Assembly (NCBI GenBank): GCA_963708075.1
Contig: OY970194.1
Location: 4,800,001 to 4,864,000, forward strand
DNA: 64,000 nucleotides
Origin: Sedimentisphaerales bacterium
GTDB taxonomy: Bacteria > Planctomycetota > Phycisphaerae > Sedimentisphaerales > Anaerobacaceae
Direction of reading: 5' to 3'
Below, in pieces: positions 28,563 to 38,981 of this stretch (its first letter is position 1; every line of letters starts with the position of its first letter). Made by a program: the position numbers and the translations under genes. The notes beneath the pieces are model-generated. The model searched no databases. It worked only from the letters and a program-made list of their open reading frames with translations, and was not told where the DNA came from.

Positions 28563-30905
28563 CTATTTCGCCGGCAACTCGGAGGACCAGCCGGTCTCGT
28601 TGTGGCCGGTGGACGTGTCACGGGCTTTCACGAGGAAGCGATGCCACTGGCCGATGCGGCCGACCTTGACCGTGTACTCGCGGGACTTCTGCCAACCGCT
28701 GCTGAAGCCCGATTCCGTCGTGCACAGGAAGAAGTACTCGACTTCGGCGGCGTCGTCAGTCGCTTCCACGGCTTTCATGGTCGCGTAGTAATTGAAGCTG
28801 CCACCGCCGATATTGATCTCCCTCGGCTCGATCTCCCACTTCATGGGATCCGGCGTCGGCGGCTGCATGTCCACGCTCACTACATCGGAGTAGGCCGTCG
28901 CGTTGTGCTTCGGGGATTTGTCCCTGGCCCGCACCTTGAACGAGTAGTGGCCCTTGGGCAGCGATTTCACTTCATACGTGCGGCTGTCCTGCCATCCGCT
29001 GCTGTAGGCGGAGTGTGAGGTACACTCGAACTGGTACTCGACGCCACTGCTGTCGGTCGCCGGCGTCGCCACCATGCGGATCGTGCCCGCCGCCACGCCG
29101 AACGGCTCGGTCTCCCAGGTCATCGGCTGCGGCGTCGGCGGCGTCATGTCTTCCTGCAGGGTTTTGGCCGCCGAATACTCGGACCAGTCCGTCACAGCGA
29201 GATTACCCTTGTTCCGCGCCTTGACGCGGTACCAGTACGTCGATTCCGGCGACAGGTCCTTGTCCTCCCAACGGGGTTCCTGCCCGGGCGGGAAGGACAG
29301 CCACCCGCTGTTGTAGTCAGAATGGAAGTAGTCTTCAAACCAGTACTCGACGCCGGTTCCGTCGGTGGACGTGGCCGTGGTGGCCACCATGGCGATCGTG
29401 TACGGACTGGTCGCATAAGGCTTGGTCGCCCAGGTCATCGGGCTCGGTATGGGCGCACTCGCCAGGGGCGGTCCGCTTCGCCAGGACTGACCGAGGATGG
29501 CGAGGTCCGTCAGATTGACCTTGCCGTCGCGATTCAGGTCTTCCGCCAGCAGGTTCTCCACATACGGCCATCTCTGCCCCATCCGTTTCAGGTCCGCCGG
29601 ACCCACTTGGGCGTCGTGATTCAGGTCGGCCACGCTCCCCAGATCGGAGCCAGACATGCTTGCCTGCGGGGTCCCGCCGTACGCGCCGAGATTGATCCGC
29701 TCGCCGTGCGGCCACAACTCGGCCCACCAGTTGGAGCTTGGATTGCCCGCATCGATGCAATAGCTGGTGACACTGTCGAGCATCCACCAGTTCTCCGCGG
29801 GGTCCCAGCGGCCGGTCTGCGATTTCAGGTGATAGTCGCCGTCCACCCAGAAGTCGTCGCCCGTGCCGGGCGTGCCGTTCGTGTCCCAGCGCCCGTCCCG
29901 TGCAAACTGCGGGGCCGTGATGATGTCGCCCACGCCCGTGCTCGCGCCGCCGGTGAAATCGCCGCCGTTGTTCTTCCAGAATGCGTTGTATGTGCTGTTG
30001 GCCGGCCCGAAGATGCCGCCGCCGCCCGGGGCATCGTTGAACGCGATGATATTGTTCCGCACCGTGCCGGGGCACTGGTACAGGGCGCCGCCCTGCTCGA
30101 CGGCAACGTTGCCCACGATGGTGTTGTTGATGACCGACTTCGTGCAGTTGTACAGTCCGCCGCCCTGGCGGCCGGCCTTGTTGCCGGCGATGATATTGTT
30201 GCTGATGTCGCCCAGGCAATTGGAGAGTCCGCCCCCCAGACTCTCGGCGTGGTTGCCGGAGATCAGGTTGCCGCTGATGGCTCCATTGCAGTAGTACAAG
30301 CCACCGGCCGGCCCGTTCTCCGTGATGATATTGTCCTGGATCGCGCCGGTGCAGAACGCGCAGCCGGCGCTGTTCTGGGAGATCGTGTTGCCCTGGATGA
30401 GCCCGTTGCAGGAGTAGATGCCCTCTTGGTGATTGGCGACGATGGTGTTGCCGATGATCGTCGGCGAGGCCGCGTTTCGGCCGGTGATTCCCGGGCCGTC
30501 GCAGTTGCGGATCACGTTCTTTGAGATCGTCGGGGAGGTCCCCGCGCACTGGATGCCGCGGCCGGTGATCGTGAAGCCTTCGAGGACGGACGTGTCCCCC
30601 TCGTTGAAATCGAAGGTGACGGTGGCGCCGGTCCTGTCGGTAATGACCGTGGCCTGCACGACGCCCGGATCGTCCGGATTCTCGCTGCGGACCGTGACGG
30701 CCCGGCCCTGAAAGGTGATTCGCTCGTGGTACGTGCCCGGCTTGACGATGATGATGTCACCCCGCCAGGAATTGGTCAGGGCCTCCTGGATGCTCTTGTA
30801 CGCCGCCGGACCATCGTCATCGACGATGATCGTCTTTCCCATGCAGGGCGCCACCATCAATACGGATATCAGTGCTGCAAGTAGCTTACCCATAGCAATT
30901 TCCAT
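28563..30905 (-). CDS. Secreted right-handed beta-helix protein with dockerin-like EF-hand pair and three PxPxPMxW FN3-like repeats
   Basis: I-x-x-N-x-I-x-x-N repeats; DYHL...CIDAG...RINLGAYGGT; DLNHD/DLNRDG; three PTP(Q/D/S)PM(T/K)W units. Confidence 0.8.
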   Translation of the reverse strand: MEIAMGKLLAALISVLMVAPCMGKTIIVDDDGPAAYKSIQEALTNSWRGDIIIVKPGTYHERITFQGRAVTVRSENPDDPGVVQATVITDRTGATVTFDFNEGDTSVLEGFTITGRGIQCAGTSPTISKNVIRNCDGPGITGRNAASPTIIGNTIVANHQEGIYSCNGLIQGNTISQNSAGCAFCTGAIQDNIITENGPAGGLYYCNGAISGNLISGNHAESLGGGLSNCLGDISNNIIAGNKAGRQGGGLYNCTKSVINNTIVGNVAVEQGGALYQCPGTVRNNIIAFNDAPGGGGIFGPANSTYNAFWKNNGGDFTGGASTGVGDIITAPQFARDGRWDTNGTPGTGDDFWVDGDYHLKSQTGRWDPAENWWMLDSVTSYCIDAGNPSSNWWAELWPHGERINLGAYGGTPQASMSGSDLGSVADLNHDAQVGPADLKRMGQRWPYVENLLAEDLNRDGKVNLTDLAILGQSWRSGPPLASAPIPSPMTWATKPYATSPYTIAMVATTATSTDGTGVEYWFEDYFHSDYNSGWLSFPPGQEPRWEDKDLSPESTYWYRVKARNKGNLAVTDWSEYSAAKTLQEDMTPPTPQPMTWETEPFGVAAGTIRMVATPATDSSGVEYQFECTSHSAYSSGWQDSRTYEVKSLPKGHYSFKVRARDKSPKHNATAYSDVVSVDMQPPTPDPMKWEIEPREINIGGGSFNYYATMKAVEATDDAAEVEYFFLCTTESGFSSGWQKSREYTVKVGRIGQWHRFLVKARDTSTGHNETGWSSELPAK

Positions 30906-30941
30906 CCTCCCTTATGCACACCACGCATTTTCTATCCGACT

Positions 30942-33197
30942 CTATGGCTGCAGGCCCTGGTGCAGGCGACCGGCCAGGCACAGATTCCCGGCGGTATCGA
31001 CACATGCCACCGTCCTGCCCAGCCAATCCTTCACCGCGAACCCGCCGCCAACCAATTCACAATTGCCCAGTTCGTTCAACTCGCCCCGAATATGCATGTT
31101 GCCGTCGAGGTCAATATATCCCGCGACCTGCTGGTCCGGGCCGTTGATCACAAACGCACCGCCCGGCGGTGCACCCTCAATCCCCGTTGTCAGGCTGCCG
31201 TGCAACACGAGGTTGCCCTCGTCGTCAAACTCGGCCACCGTCTGCCCCAGGTTGCCGGTGACGCTGAGAATCACCCTGCCCGTTGCCGGTTCGGCCGGAT
31301 CTGTCGAGCCGAAGATCAATGAATACGACTGCTGCGGCTGAGGCACGGTCGTACCCAAGACCGTGGCAACCCATCGGCCCTCCGCAGGATTCTCGACCAG
31401 CACCTGCTCGACGTTGTTCGTGTGGTCGGCCCGCGTCCGCTCCGCCGGCTTCTCTGGCGACAATGGGTCGAGCGTCCACGGGTAATACTGCTTTGCGTCC
31501 GGACCCGTCACCACAAGGTCGAGATCGTTCACCAGCGCCTGCCCCGCCAGCGGATCGCCGGCGTAGTCGTCCCAGATGAGCGTCAGCTTCAGCGCGTTTG
31601 CGCCGGAGGGGATGTTCAGCGTGTACACGTCGCGTTCATCCTGCTGCAGGATCATGTCCTCCACGATCGTGGCGGCGCGGACTTGGTCGATGGCGGTCTT
31701 GGCATCGATCAGGCCGTACCCATAGGCGTAGTCGGGACCCGGAGTGCCCAGATCTCTGGCTGTATGCAGGAGCAGTCCTTTGATCGTCGAGGACAATGGG
31801 TCCCTGCCATGCGTGGCCCGCCAGTCTTCGAGGATCAGCGCCATCGTGCCCGAGACGGCAGGGGCCGCCTGCGACGTGCCGCAGGCTCCGCCGTAGCGGT
31901 TGCCCGGCAGAGTGGACCAGATCGCTCCGCCATTGCGGGCCTCGCAGCCCGGCGCGACCACGTCGGGCTTGAGCCGTCCGTCGGCGGTCGGGCCCTTGTC
32001 GCTCCATGCCCACAGGGAGTTGTCGTCGGAATTCGTGGCGCCGACTGTCACGACATTCTTGGCCACGGCCGTGGAGAAGACTGTGCCCCATTTGCCCTCG
32101 TTGCCCACCGCCCACACCATGGAGATGGGCTTGCCCAACTCGCCGCGGACAATCCCGTCAAGGACCGCATCATACTCTTTGTAGGCATTCCACTCGACCT
32201 TGCCCCAGGAGTTGTTGGCAATGTCGATTCCGTACTTACTGATCGCCCGGCGGTACTGATCGCGCAGCTCCGTGATATCGTCCCAGTCTTTGCAGGACAC
32301 GATCGTGGCCGCGGTAGCCACACCCCGGTACAGGCGGTTCGCCAGCAGCGTCCCGTCGCCGATCATCGTGCCCGCCACCTGTGTCGCATGGTCGTCCACC
32401 GGCCTGCCGTCGTCGATATTCACCACCCGCCCCGCCATATCCGCATGCGCGGCATCGGGATGTCCCGGCTCCCATTGTCCCAGGATTACTCCGGCCCCCG
32501 TCAAGTTGTACGGGGCCTCCTGGACCGGATTGGCGCCAATCGCTGCGCGTACGCCGTCGTTCAGGTTGACCGACTCGTAGTGCTGGTCGACCCACTTGAC
32601 GCAGTCGCGAGCCGCCAGTGCGTTCACCGCCCCAATGGGCAGATAGCAGATCAGGCAATTCTGCTCCGAATCCCGCTTGATCACCCGACCGCCAAGGTCC
32701 TCGACCGCCACCTCGCCCGTCCCGAGGATCACGTCTTCAAATAAGAGCGTCACCAGCCTCGCCTCACCCGCGGCATTTCGCGAATAAGCGTTGATGCCCT
32801 GCTCTCGAATGGCTGGGGACAGCTTGTCCTCCGGAAGAATCCCCGTGACCGCCCGGACGCCGGGCAAGCTCGCGACATCCGCCAGTCTGTCGGCCTTCAC
32901 CACGGCCAGCCAGGAGCGGTTCGGGATGTACGACAGTAGTTGGACCCCGGCGTTGATCAACTCGATCCGCCGCTCGACCGTCGGGACATCCTCCAACTGG
33001 ACAATGACGTGCAAATTGCCGGACGTTGCCTGCGCGCGAATCCCACCCGCTGCCGGCACTTGGTTGCGCAGGGAGCTATCTAATCCTGCTGCCGGCACGA
33101 AGCGACGGGACTTGAGAATCACCTCATCGTCCCCGGCCGCAAGGCCCACCAGCAGCAGAATCGCCGCCAGACCGATAAGAACGCCCTCCTTGCCCAT
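30942..33197 (-). CDS. Subtilisin-like S8 serine peptidase, secreted
   Basis: HATQVAG, NNSWG, AVGNEG, KPDVVAPG, GTSQAAP, LHTA.DLG..GPD..YGYG. Confidence 0.9.
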   Translation of the reverse strand: MGKEGVLIGLAAILLLVGLAAGDDEVILKSRRFVPAAGLDSSLRNQVPAAGGIRAQATSGNLHVIVQLEDVPTVERRIELINAGVQLLSYIPNRSWLAVVKADRLADVASLPGVRAVTGILPEDKLSPAIREQGINAYSRNAAGEARLVTLLFEDVILGTGEVAVEDLGGRVIKRDSEQNCLICYLPIGAVNALAARDCVKWVDQHYESVNLNDGVRAAIGANPVQEAPYNLTGAGVILGQWEPGHPDAAHADMAGRVVNIDDGRPVDDHATQVAGTMIGDGTLLANRLYRGVATAATIVSCKDWDDITELRDQYRRAISKYGIDIANNSWGKVEWNAYKEYDAVLDGIVRGELGKPISMVWAVGNEGKWGTVFSTAVAKNVVTVGATNSDDNSLWAWSDKGPTADGRLKPDVVAPGCEARNGGAIWSTLPGNRYGGACGTSQAAPAVSGTMALILEDWRATHGRDPLSSTIKGLLLHTARDLGTPGPDYAYGYGLIDAKTAIDQVRAATIVEDMILQQDERDVYTLNIPSGANALKLTLIWDDYAGDPLAGQALVNDLDLVVTGPDAKQYYPWTLDPLSPEKPAERTRADHTNNVEQVLVENPAEGRWVATVLGTTVPQPQQSYSLIFGSTDPAEPATGRVILSVTGNLGQTVAEFDDEGNLVLHGSLTTGIEGAPPGGAFVINGPDQQVAGYIDLDGNMHIRGELNELGNCELVGGGFAVKDWLGRTVACVDTAGNLCLAGRLHQGLQP

Positions 33198-33473
33198 CGC
33201 TGTCTTACCCGTGTGTGACCTCACACGAATTCATACCTCGCCATTTTTCCACAGCACCCCCATCACTCAGCTTATGGGCCACCCCTTGCTTTGCGCATGC
33301 GCACAGCACTAGCCATCTCCGCCTTCACCCTATCGCATCCCCCATTTTACCATATTCCCCCGCCCATTGCCAAGCTAAATTGCCCCGGATAGGGACAATT
33401 CCGACCCCTGGAGACATTCTGAAATACGCGCAATTATGAATCCTGGGACCGCTTATGTATTCATTTCAGGCCG

Positions 33474-34067
33474 ATGGGCCGTCCTTATATATGGACGATG
33501 GATGCGCATGACTGGATTACTGATAAGGCTTTGATCGAGGCGGTTCAGCGGGGCGACCGCGACGCCGCGGCGTGCCTGTACCACCGGCACATCGACCGCG
33601 TGCATCGTATCTGCCACCGGATCGTGCTGGACCCTTCGCAGACGCTCGATTGCGTGCAGGAGGTCTGGCTCAAGGTGTTTCGCAGCCTCGGCCGGTTCCG
33701 ATGCCGCAGCTCGTTCGCCGCCTGGCTGAACTCCGTCGCTGCCAACACGGCCATCGATCATTACCGTCAGTCCAGACGCCGGGGCAATCACGTCGATATC
33801 GAGGATCCGGAGGTGGAATCCCTGGCGGCGGATGAGCCGGCGGGCGAACTGCAACTGGACGACCACCTTGTTCGCCGGCGAATCCAGGAGGCATTGGAGG
33901 AGATCAGCGTGAGCCAGCGGACCGCGTTCGTGCTGCGGTACTACGAGGACATGCCCCTGCCGGAGATCGCGCGGATTCTCGGCTGCCGGGAGGGCACGGT
34001 CCGCACCCATATCCGCCGCTGCCTGTTGGCCCTGCGTGCAAAACTGATGGCGGAACTCAATCAATAG
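33474..34067 (+). CDS. ECF sigma factor
   Basis: DCVQEVWLKV, F..WL..VAAN..ID; region 4 EIARILGCREGTVRTHIRR. Confidence 0.9.
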   Translation: MGRPYIWTMDAHDWITDKALIEAVQRGDRDAAACLYHRHIDRVHRICHRIVLDPSQTLDCVQEVWLKVFRSLGRFRCRSSFAAWLNSVAANTAIDHYRQSRRRGNHVDIEDPEVESLAADEPAGELQLDDHLVRRRIQEALEEISVSQRTAFVLRYYEDMPLPEIARILGCREGTVRTHIRRCLLALRAKLMAELNQ

Positions 34068-34079
34068 AGGTTCAGGCAT

Positions 34080-34601
34080 ATGGACAATCCACGTTTTTCC
34101 TTCGAGGAGTTCAAGGCGCTTCTTCCGGACCGGTTCGAGTCGCAGGACAGGCTGCTAAGCGAATACCATTCCTTTTTGGCGCTGCTCGAGCAGTTGGACC
34201 GGGTGCCCGTGCCGGAGTTGTCGGCCGGGGAGAAAGCAGAGATCTTCCGGCGGTCATGGCAGGGACAGGCGCGAGGCAGGACGTGGGCCTGGCAGTGGCT
34301 CGGCTTGCTCCGACAGCCGGCCGTGACGTTTGCAGCAGGCATCGTTCTCGGGTGTGCGCTGATGTTCGTCACCGTCAAGGGCCGGGCGGCCGCACCCCAG
34401 CCTGCCTCGCCGCAGCCATCGTTAGCCGTTGAGCGTACCGGTTACGCGCAAATCTATACGGGCAGAATCGTGAAGGACCTGTACCCGCAAATCGAGAACC
34501 CGAAGATCGTGGTTGAGAGGCCGCAGAAATCCTCCGCGCCACAACGCGTCCTCTACGGGACGCTCGATGAGGGTGAAACCTATGTCGTCTGGAATCTGTG
34601 A
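34080..34601 (+). CDS. Putative single-pass anti-sigma factor
   Basis: Follows ECF sigma; one TM helix (AVTFAAGIVLGCALMFV). Confidence 0.6.
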   Translation: MDNPRFSFEEFKALLPDRFESQDRLLSEYHSFLALLEQLDRVPVPELSAGEKAEIFRRSWQGQARGRTWAWQWLGLLRQPAVTFAAGIVLGCALMFVTVKGRAAAPQPASPQPSLAVERTGYAQIYTGRIVKDLYPQIENPKIVVERPQKSSAPQRVLYGTLDEGETYVVWNL

Positions 34602-34620
34602 CCCCAAAGGAGATTGAACT

Positions 34621-35634
34621 ATGAAGATGCAGGATCTGTTTGTCGTGACCTTCGCCATCCTCTTGGCCGCCGGCGTTGCACTGTCCCAGCAGCCTTCCCA
34701 ATCAGCCTACGAATCGCCGGCGAATTCCCCGGACGGTGATTTGCGAACGATCATCGTCAGCCTCAAGTATTACCCGGTCAATGACCTGGGGAGTCTCCTG
34801 GCCACTCTTTCCGAAGATCAGGTCAGGATTGCCATCGATCAGCACTCAAATCGCCTGATCCTCACAGGGCCGCAGAAGCGAATCGACCAAACGCTGCGCC
34901 TGATCTCGGAGCTGGACGTGCCCCGTGAGGAAGCGCAGCAGAGCCAGTATCTGACGTGCCGCGTGTACATGTTTGAACTGCCTTCCAAGGACCAGAATCT
35001 CAAGCCTTTCTCTGTGCTGCTGGAAAGATCGTCGCAGTGGCCGACGGAGTGGTTGCTCGATGCGGCCAGGGACGCGAACGTGCAGATTAGCACGTTGCTT
35101 CAGAGAATGGAGGACGACAAGTGGGAGCTGGTCATCGAGGGCCGGGCCGCCTCGAGCGACGCTCTCAAGCCGGTCCTGACCAAGATCACGGATGCTCAGG
35201 TCAAGCAATTGAAATGGGACGATGAAACGTTCACCGCAGCCATCCCCGCCGCGCAGGTCTCCCAGTTGCCCGCGCCACTGCGGGAGCATCTCCGCAAGTT
35301 CCTCGGCGACCAGGTGCAAACGGTCGGCTACTGGTTCGGCAACCTGTCGGTCCCCGGTAATCTCAACGCGCCCATCGGACCCTGGCGATTGGACATGAAG
35401 ACCCAGTCCGAACAGGGGACTGATCTCATCCTGGAGGTCCGCGTCACCCGGGAATCGTCCGTCCCGTTCGTCAACGAGACCCAACTCCTTGCCAACACCA
35501 TCCAGGGCAAGGCAGGCAGGCCCATCCTCATCGGCTACAATCGCGAGTCCTACGGCACGAGAGTCACGGGCGCCATGGTGATCCTCCTGGAACGCGACAC
35601 GACCGCTCCGACGACCGAAGCGAAGACGCAGTGA
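34621..35634 (+). CDS. Secreted protein with a secretin N-terminal-like (N-domain) module
   Basis: Signal peptide; LKY...IAIDQHSNRLILTG...LISELDVP. Confidence 0.6.
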   Translation: MKMQDLFVVTFAILLAAGVALSQQPSQSAYESPANSPDGDLRTIIVSLKYYPVNDLGSLLATLSEDQVRIAIDQHSNRLILTGPQKRIDQTLRLISELDVPREEAQQSQYLTCRVYMFELPSKDQNLKPFSVLLERSSQWPTEWLLDAARDANVQISTLLQRMEDDKWELVIEGRAASSDALKPVLTKITDAQVKQLKWDDETFTAAIPAAQVSQLPAPLREHLRKFLGDQVQTVGYWFGNLSVPGNLNAPIGPWRLDMKTQSEQGTDLILEVRVTRESSVPFVNETQLLANTIQGKAGRPILIGYNRESYGTRVTGAMVILLERDTTAPTTEAKTQ

Positions 35635-35806
35635 GAACCGTCATCAGAAGCATCGCAGCACGGAAGCTATATCTCGCTACATTTGGGTGGCAGCGGCAAA
35701 CGCAGTTTGCCGATGGCTCGCACGTACCGTCCGACGCCATCGGCAAGCTCCGAAGACTCCGCTTGCCGCTGCCACCCGTCACTGACTCTTGTTCTTCGGG
35801 AAGTTG

Positions 35807-36256
35807 TCAGAACAGCCGGCTGCTGTCGAGCAGGAAGGTTACGGGGCCGTCGTTGAGGCTGGTGACTTGCATGTAGGCTCCGAATGAGCCTTTGGCCACC
35901 GGCACGTCGCCGGCGGCGATCAGGGCGGCCACCTTCTCATAAAGCGGCTCCGCAAGCGCCGGCTCGGCAGCGGCATCGAATCCCGGCCGGCGGCCCTTGC
36001 GGCAGTCACCGTACAGCGTGAACTGACTGACCAACAGAATCCCGCCACCGATGTCGATGACGCTGCGATTCATCTTGCCTGCCTCGTCGGCGAAGATGCG
36101 CAGGTTCACGAGCTTGTCGGCCATGAACTCCGCGTCCTTTTCCGTATCGCCCTGGCCGACGCCGAGATAGACGAGCAAGCCGGGACCGATCTGCCCGATG
36201 GTGCTGCCTTCAACCTCGACCTTCGCGTATGACACTCGTTGAATCACTGCCCGCAT
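35807..36256 (-). CDS. dtd: D-aminoacyl-tRNA deacylase
   Basis: [27 protein letters not shown]. Confidence 0.96.
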   Translation of the reverse strand: MRAVIQRVSYAKVEVEGSTIGQIGPGLLVYLGVGQGDTEKDAEFMADKLVNLRIFADEAGKMNRSVIDIGGGILLVSQFTLYGDCRKGRRPGFDAAAEPALAEPLYEKVAALIAAGDVPVAKGSFGAYMQVTSLNDGPVTFLLDSSRLF

Positions 36257-36313
36257 GGTTCGCTGCCCTCAATCACTCAAGTCAGGCCGATCTCTCCAAC
36301 TTCTATCCTCTAA

Positions 36314-36568
36314 GTGGAGTTTTGCAAAATGGAAGTTGGGCTTATTATTCAAGGAAATCCGCTTTGGGATTTCCTTGAATCGACAACTGGTTCGTGCGTG
36401 TTGCGCACCCCCGCGCAGGTCTGTCTTGCCGCGTGTAGCAAGGCATTCTCCGGTCGCTTCCCGGGGTACGTATCATGCACCCTTGGCGTCTGTCGGTGGC
36501 GAAGGAAAAATGAAAAGCCCATTTTTCCTTCCCCAAGTAAGCCCAACTTCCATTTTGCAAAACTCCAC
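36314..36568. mobile_element. ~255-bp MITE, full copy in opposite orientation
   Basis: Perfect TIR GTGGAGTTTTGCAAAATGGAAGTTGGGCTTA; flanks CTCTAA / CTCTAG. Confidence 0.85.
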
Positions 36569-36570
36569 CT

Positions 36571-37302
36571 CTAGCCAAACCACGGCGCCGCGGCGGCCCG
36601 GCGGATGTGCAGCTCATCGACCACGGCGTTGCCCTTCTGTGTCACGAGGTACAGGACCAGCTCCGCAATCTCCTCGGGCTGGATCAAGTCCTCCTTTTTG
36701 ATGTCCGGCCGCACATTGCCCACCATGCCGGTATCGACTGCCCCCGGGCAGATCACGTGCACGCGGATGTTCGTGCCCCGGAGTTCCTCGGCCAGCGAAA
36801 TGCTCATTCCACGCACCGCGTGTTTGGAGGCGGTGTAGGCGCTTTGCAGCGGATAGCCCTTGACCCCGACGACGGAGGAGATGTTGACGATGTATCCCGC
36901 CTCCGCCTGCCTCAACAGCGGCAGCGCCTCGCGGCACAGGATGAACGGCGCCCTCGCGTTGATCGCCCAGCAGCGGTCCAGGTCCTCCGTCTCCGTCTCC
37001 TCGAACTTCGCCGAGTGCGTAATGCCGGCGTTGTTGACGAGAATATCCAGCCGGCCGAACTTGTCTTCCACAACCCGGACAAGATCCCTGATCGACTCCT
37101 CGCTCGCAAGCTCCGTCACAACAGGTTCCGCCCTGCCGCCGGCCGCATGCACAAGCTGCGTCGCCTCCACGAGCGTCTGGACCGACCGCGCCGCCAGTAC
37201 GACGATCGCTCCCTCCCGCGCCAGCGCCAGACTGATCGCCCGACCGATCCCGCGACTGCCGCCCGTGACAATCGCCACCTTCCGATCCAAACGTCCTGCC
37301 AT
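36571..37302 (-). CDS. Short-chain dehydrogenase/reductase
   Basis: TGGSRGIG, NNAG, SS, YTASK. Confidence 0.92.
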   Translation of the reverse strand: MAGRLDRKVAIVTGGSRGIGRAISLALAREGAIVVLAARSVQTLVEATQLVHAAGGRAEPVVTELASEESIRDLVRVVEDKFGRLDILVNNAGITHSAKFEETETEDLDRCWAINARAPFILCREALPLLRQAEAGYIVNISSVVGVKGYPLQSAYTASKHAVRGMSISLAEELRGTNIRVHVICPGAVDTGMVGNVRPDIKKEDLIQPEEIAELVLYLVTQKGNAVVDELHIRRAAAAPWFG

Positions 37303-37426
37303 AACAGTCTCCGATATAGAAACAGTCCCAGAATTATACCCCCGCCCGCTTCGCAACAGAACCTCGAATCGGCAGATCAGATGCCAGGGGCGCGCGATAA
37401 AAAAGTGGCAGGTGAGACAAGAGGAA

Positions 37427-37519
37427 TGTCATTGCGAGGAGGCCGCAGGCCGACGAAGCAATCTCGGATTGCCAAGGGTTGAGATTGCCGCGCCAGCCGC
37501 TGGCTGGCTCGCAATGACA
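37427..37519. repeat. GTCATTGCGAG...CTCGCAATGAC palindromic element
   Basis: Terminal inverted repeat plus GCAATCTC/GAGATTGC inner arms. Confidence 0.75.
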
Positions 37520-37571
37520 TGCCGGGCGTTTGCCACACGTTTGTCGTACACCCGACGCCAGGTGCGGGAGG

Positions 37572-37600
37572 TTGCATCGGCTAATGTGAGAGCCTATAAT
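37572..37600 (+). promoter_or_regulatory. sigma70 promoter of thrC
   Basis: TTGCAT-17 bp-TATAAT, upstream of AGGAG RBS and ATG 37635. Confidence 0.65.
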
Positions 37601-37634
37601 GGTCGAAGAAAAGGGTCGAGTAGGAGTTCCCGGA

Positions 37635-38981
37635 ATGACTATGCGCGATGTGGCGTATCAAAAATGTATCAATCCCGGCTGTGCTGCCGAGTTCGACTGT
37701 CAGCAGTCGATGTTCAAGTGCCCCAACTGCGGCGACCTGCTCGACATCCGGTACAACTGGGAGAAAGTCGCCGTGCCGAAGAAGCTCAGCGACTTCGCCA
37801 AACGCTGGGCCACGCGGGATAAGCCTCTGGATTTCTCGGGCGTCTGGCGGTTCCGCAACCTGCTGGATTTCTGCCCCGATAGAAACAAGGTAACGATCGG
37901 CGAGGGCCAGACGATCCTCCAGCAGAACCGTGCCATCGCTGAACACCTGGGAATGAAGCCCGACTGCCTGTTCCTGCAGTACGAAGGGCTCAACCCCTCC
38001 GGCTCATTCAAGGACAACGGAATGGCGGCGGCGTTCAGCCACGCCGTGATGGTCGGGGCAACGTCCTGTGCCTGCGCCTCCACCGGCAACACGTCCGCGT
38101 CGGTCGCGCTCTACGCACACAGTTGCGGCCTCAAGTGCACCGTCTTTATCGGCTCCGGCCGGATCGCCTTCGGCAAGCTCAGCCAGGCGATGGACTACGG
38201 CGCCCAGACCATCCAGATCATGGGCGACTTCGACGACTGCATGCGCCAGGTCCAGGCGGTCTGCACCAAACTGGGCCTGTACCTGCTCAACTCGCTCAAC
38301 CCCTTCCGCCTCGAAGGCCAGAAGACGATCATGTACCGGATCATCGAGGCCTTAGGCTGGCAGGTGCCCGACTGGATCGTCGTGCCGGGCGGCAATCTCG
38401 GCAACTCCAGCGCGTTCGGCAAGGCATTCCTTGAACTCAAGCAGCTCGGCCTGATCGACCGCATCCCGCGGATGGCCATCATCAACGCCACCGGCGCCAA
38501 TACGCTCACCGACCTCGTCAACAACAAGAAGCTCGCCTGGAACAACGGCCAGGTCAACCAGAAGATCATCGACGATTATTACGCGGACCTGACCGCGAGG
38601 CATTTCTCGCCGCACACCTGCGCCTCGGCAATCGAGATCTCCCGCCCGGTGAATCTGAAGAAATGCCTGCGGGCCATCGACGCGTGCAAGGGTGTCGTGC
38701 GAGCCGTCACCGACCAGGAGATTTGTGACGCCAAGGCCCTGATCGGCAAGCACGGCTTAGGCTGCGAGCCCGCCTCCGCCGCCACTATCGCCGGACTCAA
38801 GAACCTGCTCGCCGAGGGCGTCATCGCCAAAGATGAGCGGATCGCCTGCGTCCTGACCGGCCACACCCTCAAGGACCCCAACGTCACCGTGGACTACCAC
38901 AAGGAACGTCAGGGCCCCTTCAGCAACCCCCCCATCGAGGTCCCCAATGACCTCGAAGAGATCGTAAAGCTGATCCGCTAA
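37635..38981 (+). CDS. thrC: Threonine synthase with N-terminal Zn-ribbon
   Basis: NPSGSFKD (PLP Lys), [35 protein letters not shown]...CPNC. Confidence 0.93.
   Translation: MTMRDVAYQKCINPGCAAEFDCQQSMFKCPNCGDLLDIRYNWEKVAVPKKLSDFAKRWATRDKPLDFSGVWRFRNLLDFCPDRNKVTIGEGQTILQQNRAIAEHLGMKPDCLFLQYEGLNPSGSFKDNGMAAAFSHAVMVGATSCACASTGNTSASVALYAHSCGLKCTVFIGSGRIAFGKLSQAMDYGAQTIQIMGDFDDCMRQVQAVCTKLGLYLLNSLNPFRLEGQKTIMYRIIEALGWQVPDWIVVPGGNLGNSSAFGKAFLELKQLGLIDRIPRMAIINATGANTLTDLVNNKKLAWNNGQVNQKIIDDYYADLTARHFSPHTCASAIEISRPVNLKKCLRAIDACKGVVRAVTDQEICDAKALIGKHGLGCEPASAATIAGLKNLLAEGVIAKDERIACVLTGHTLKDPNVTVDYHKERQGPFSNPPIEVPNDLEEIVKLIR

Noticed and set aside
26362..36256. rtcB/archease plus dtd as a joint tRNA quality-control locus
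   Set aside because: Separated by ~7.5 kb of unrelated genes; probably coincidental
6293..36574. Short ORFs reading MEFCKMEVGL at the MITE copies
   Set aside because: Translation of the TIR; lengths and frames differ between copies, so not a conserved gene
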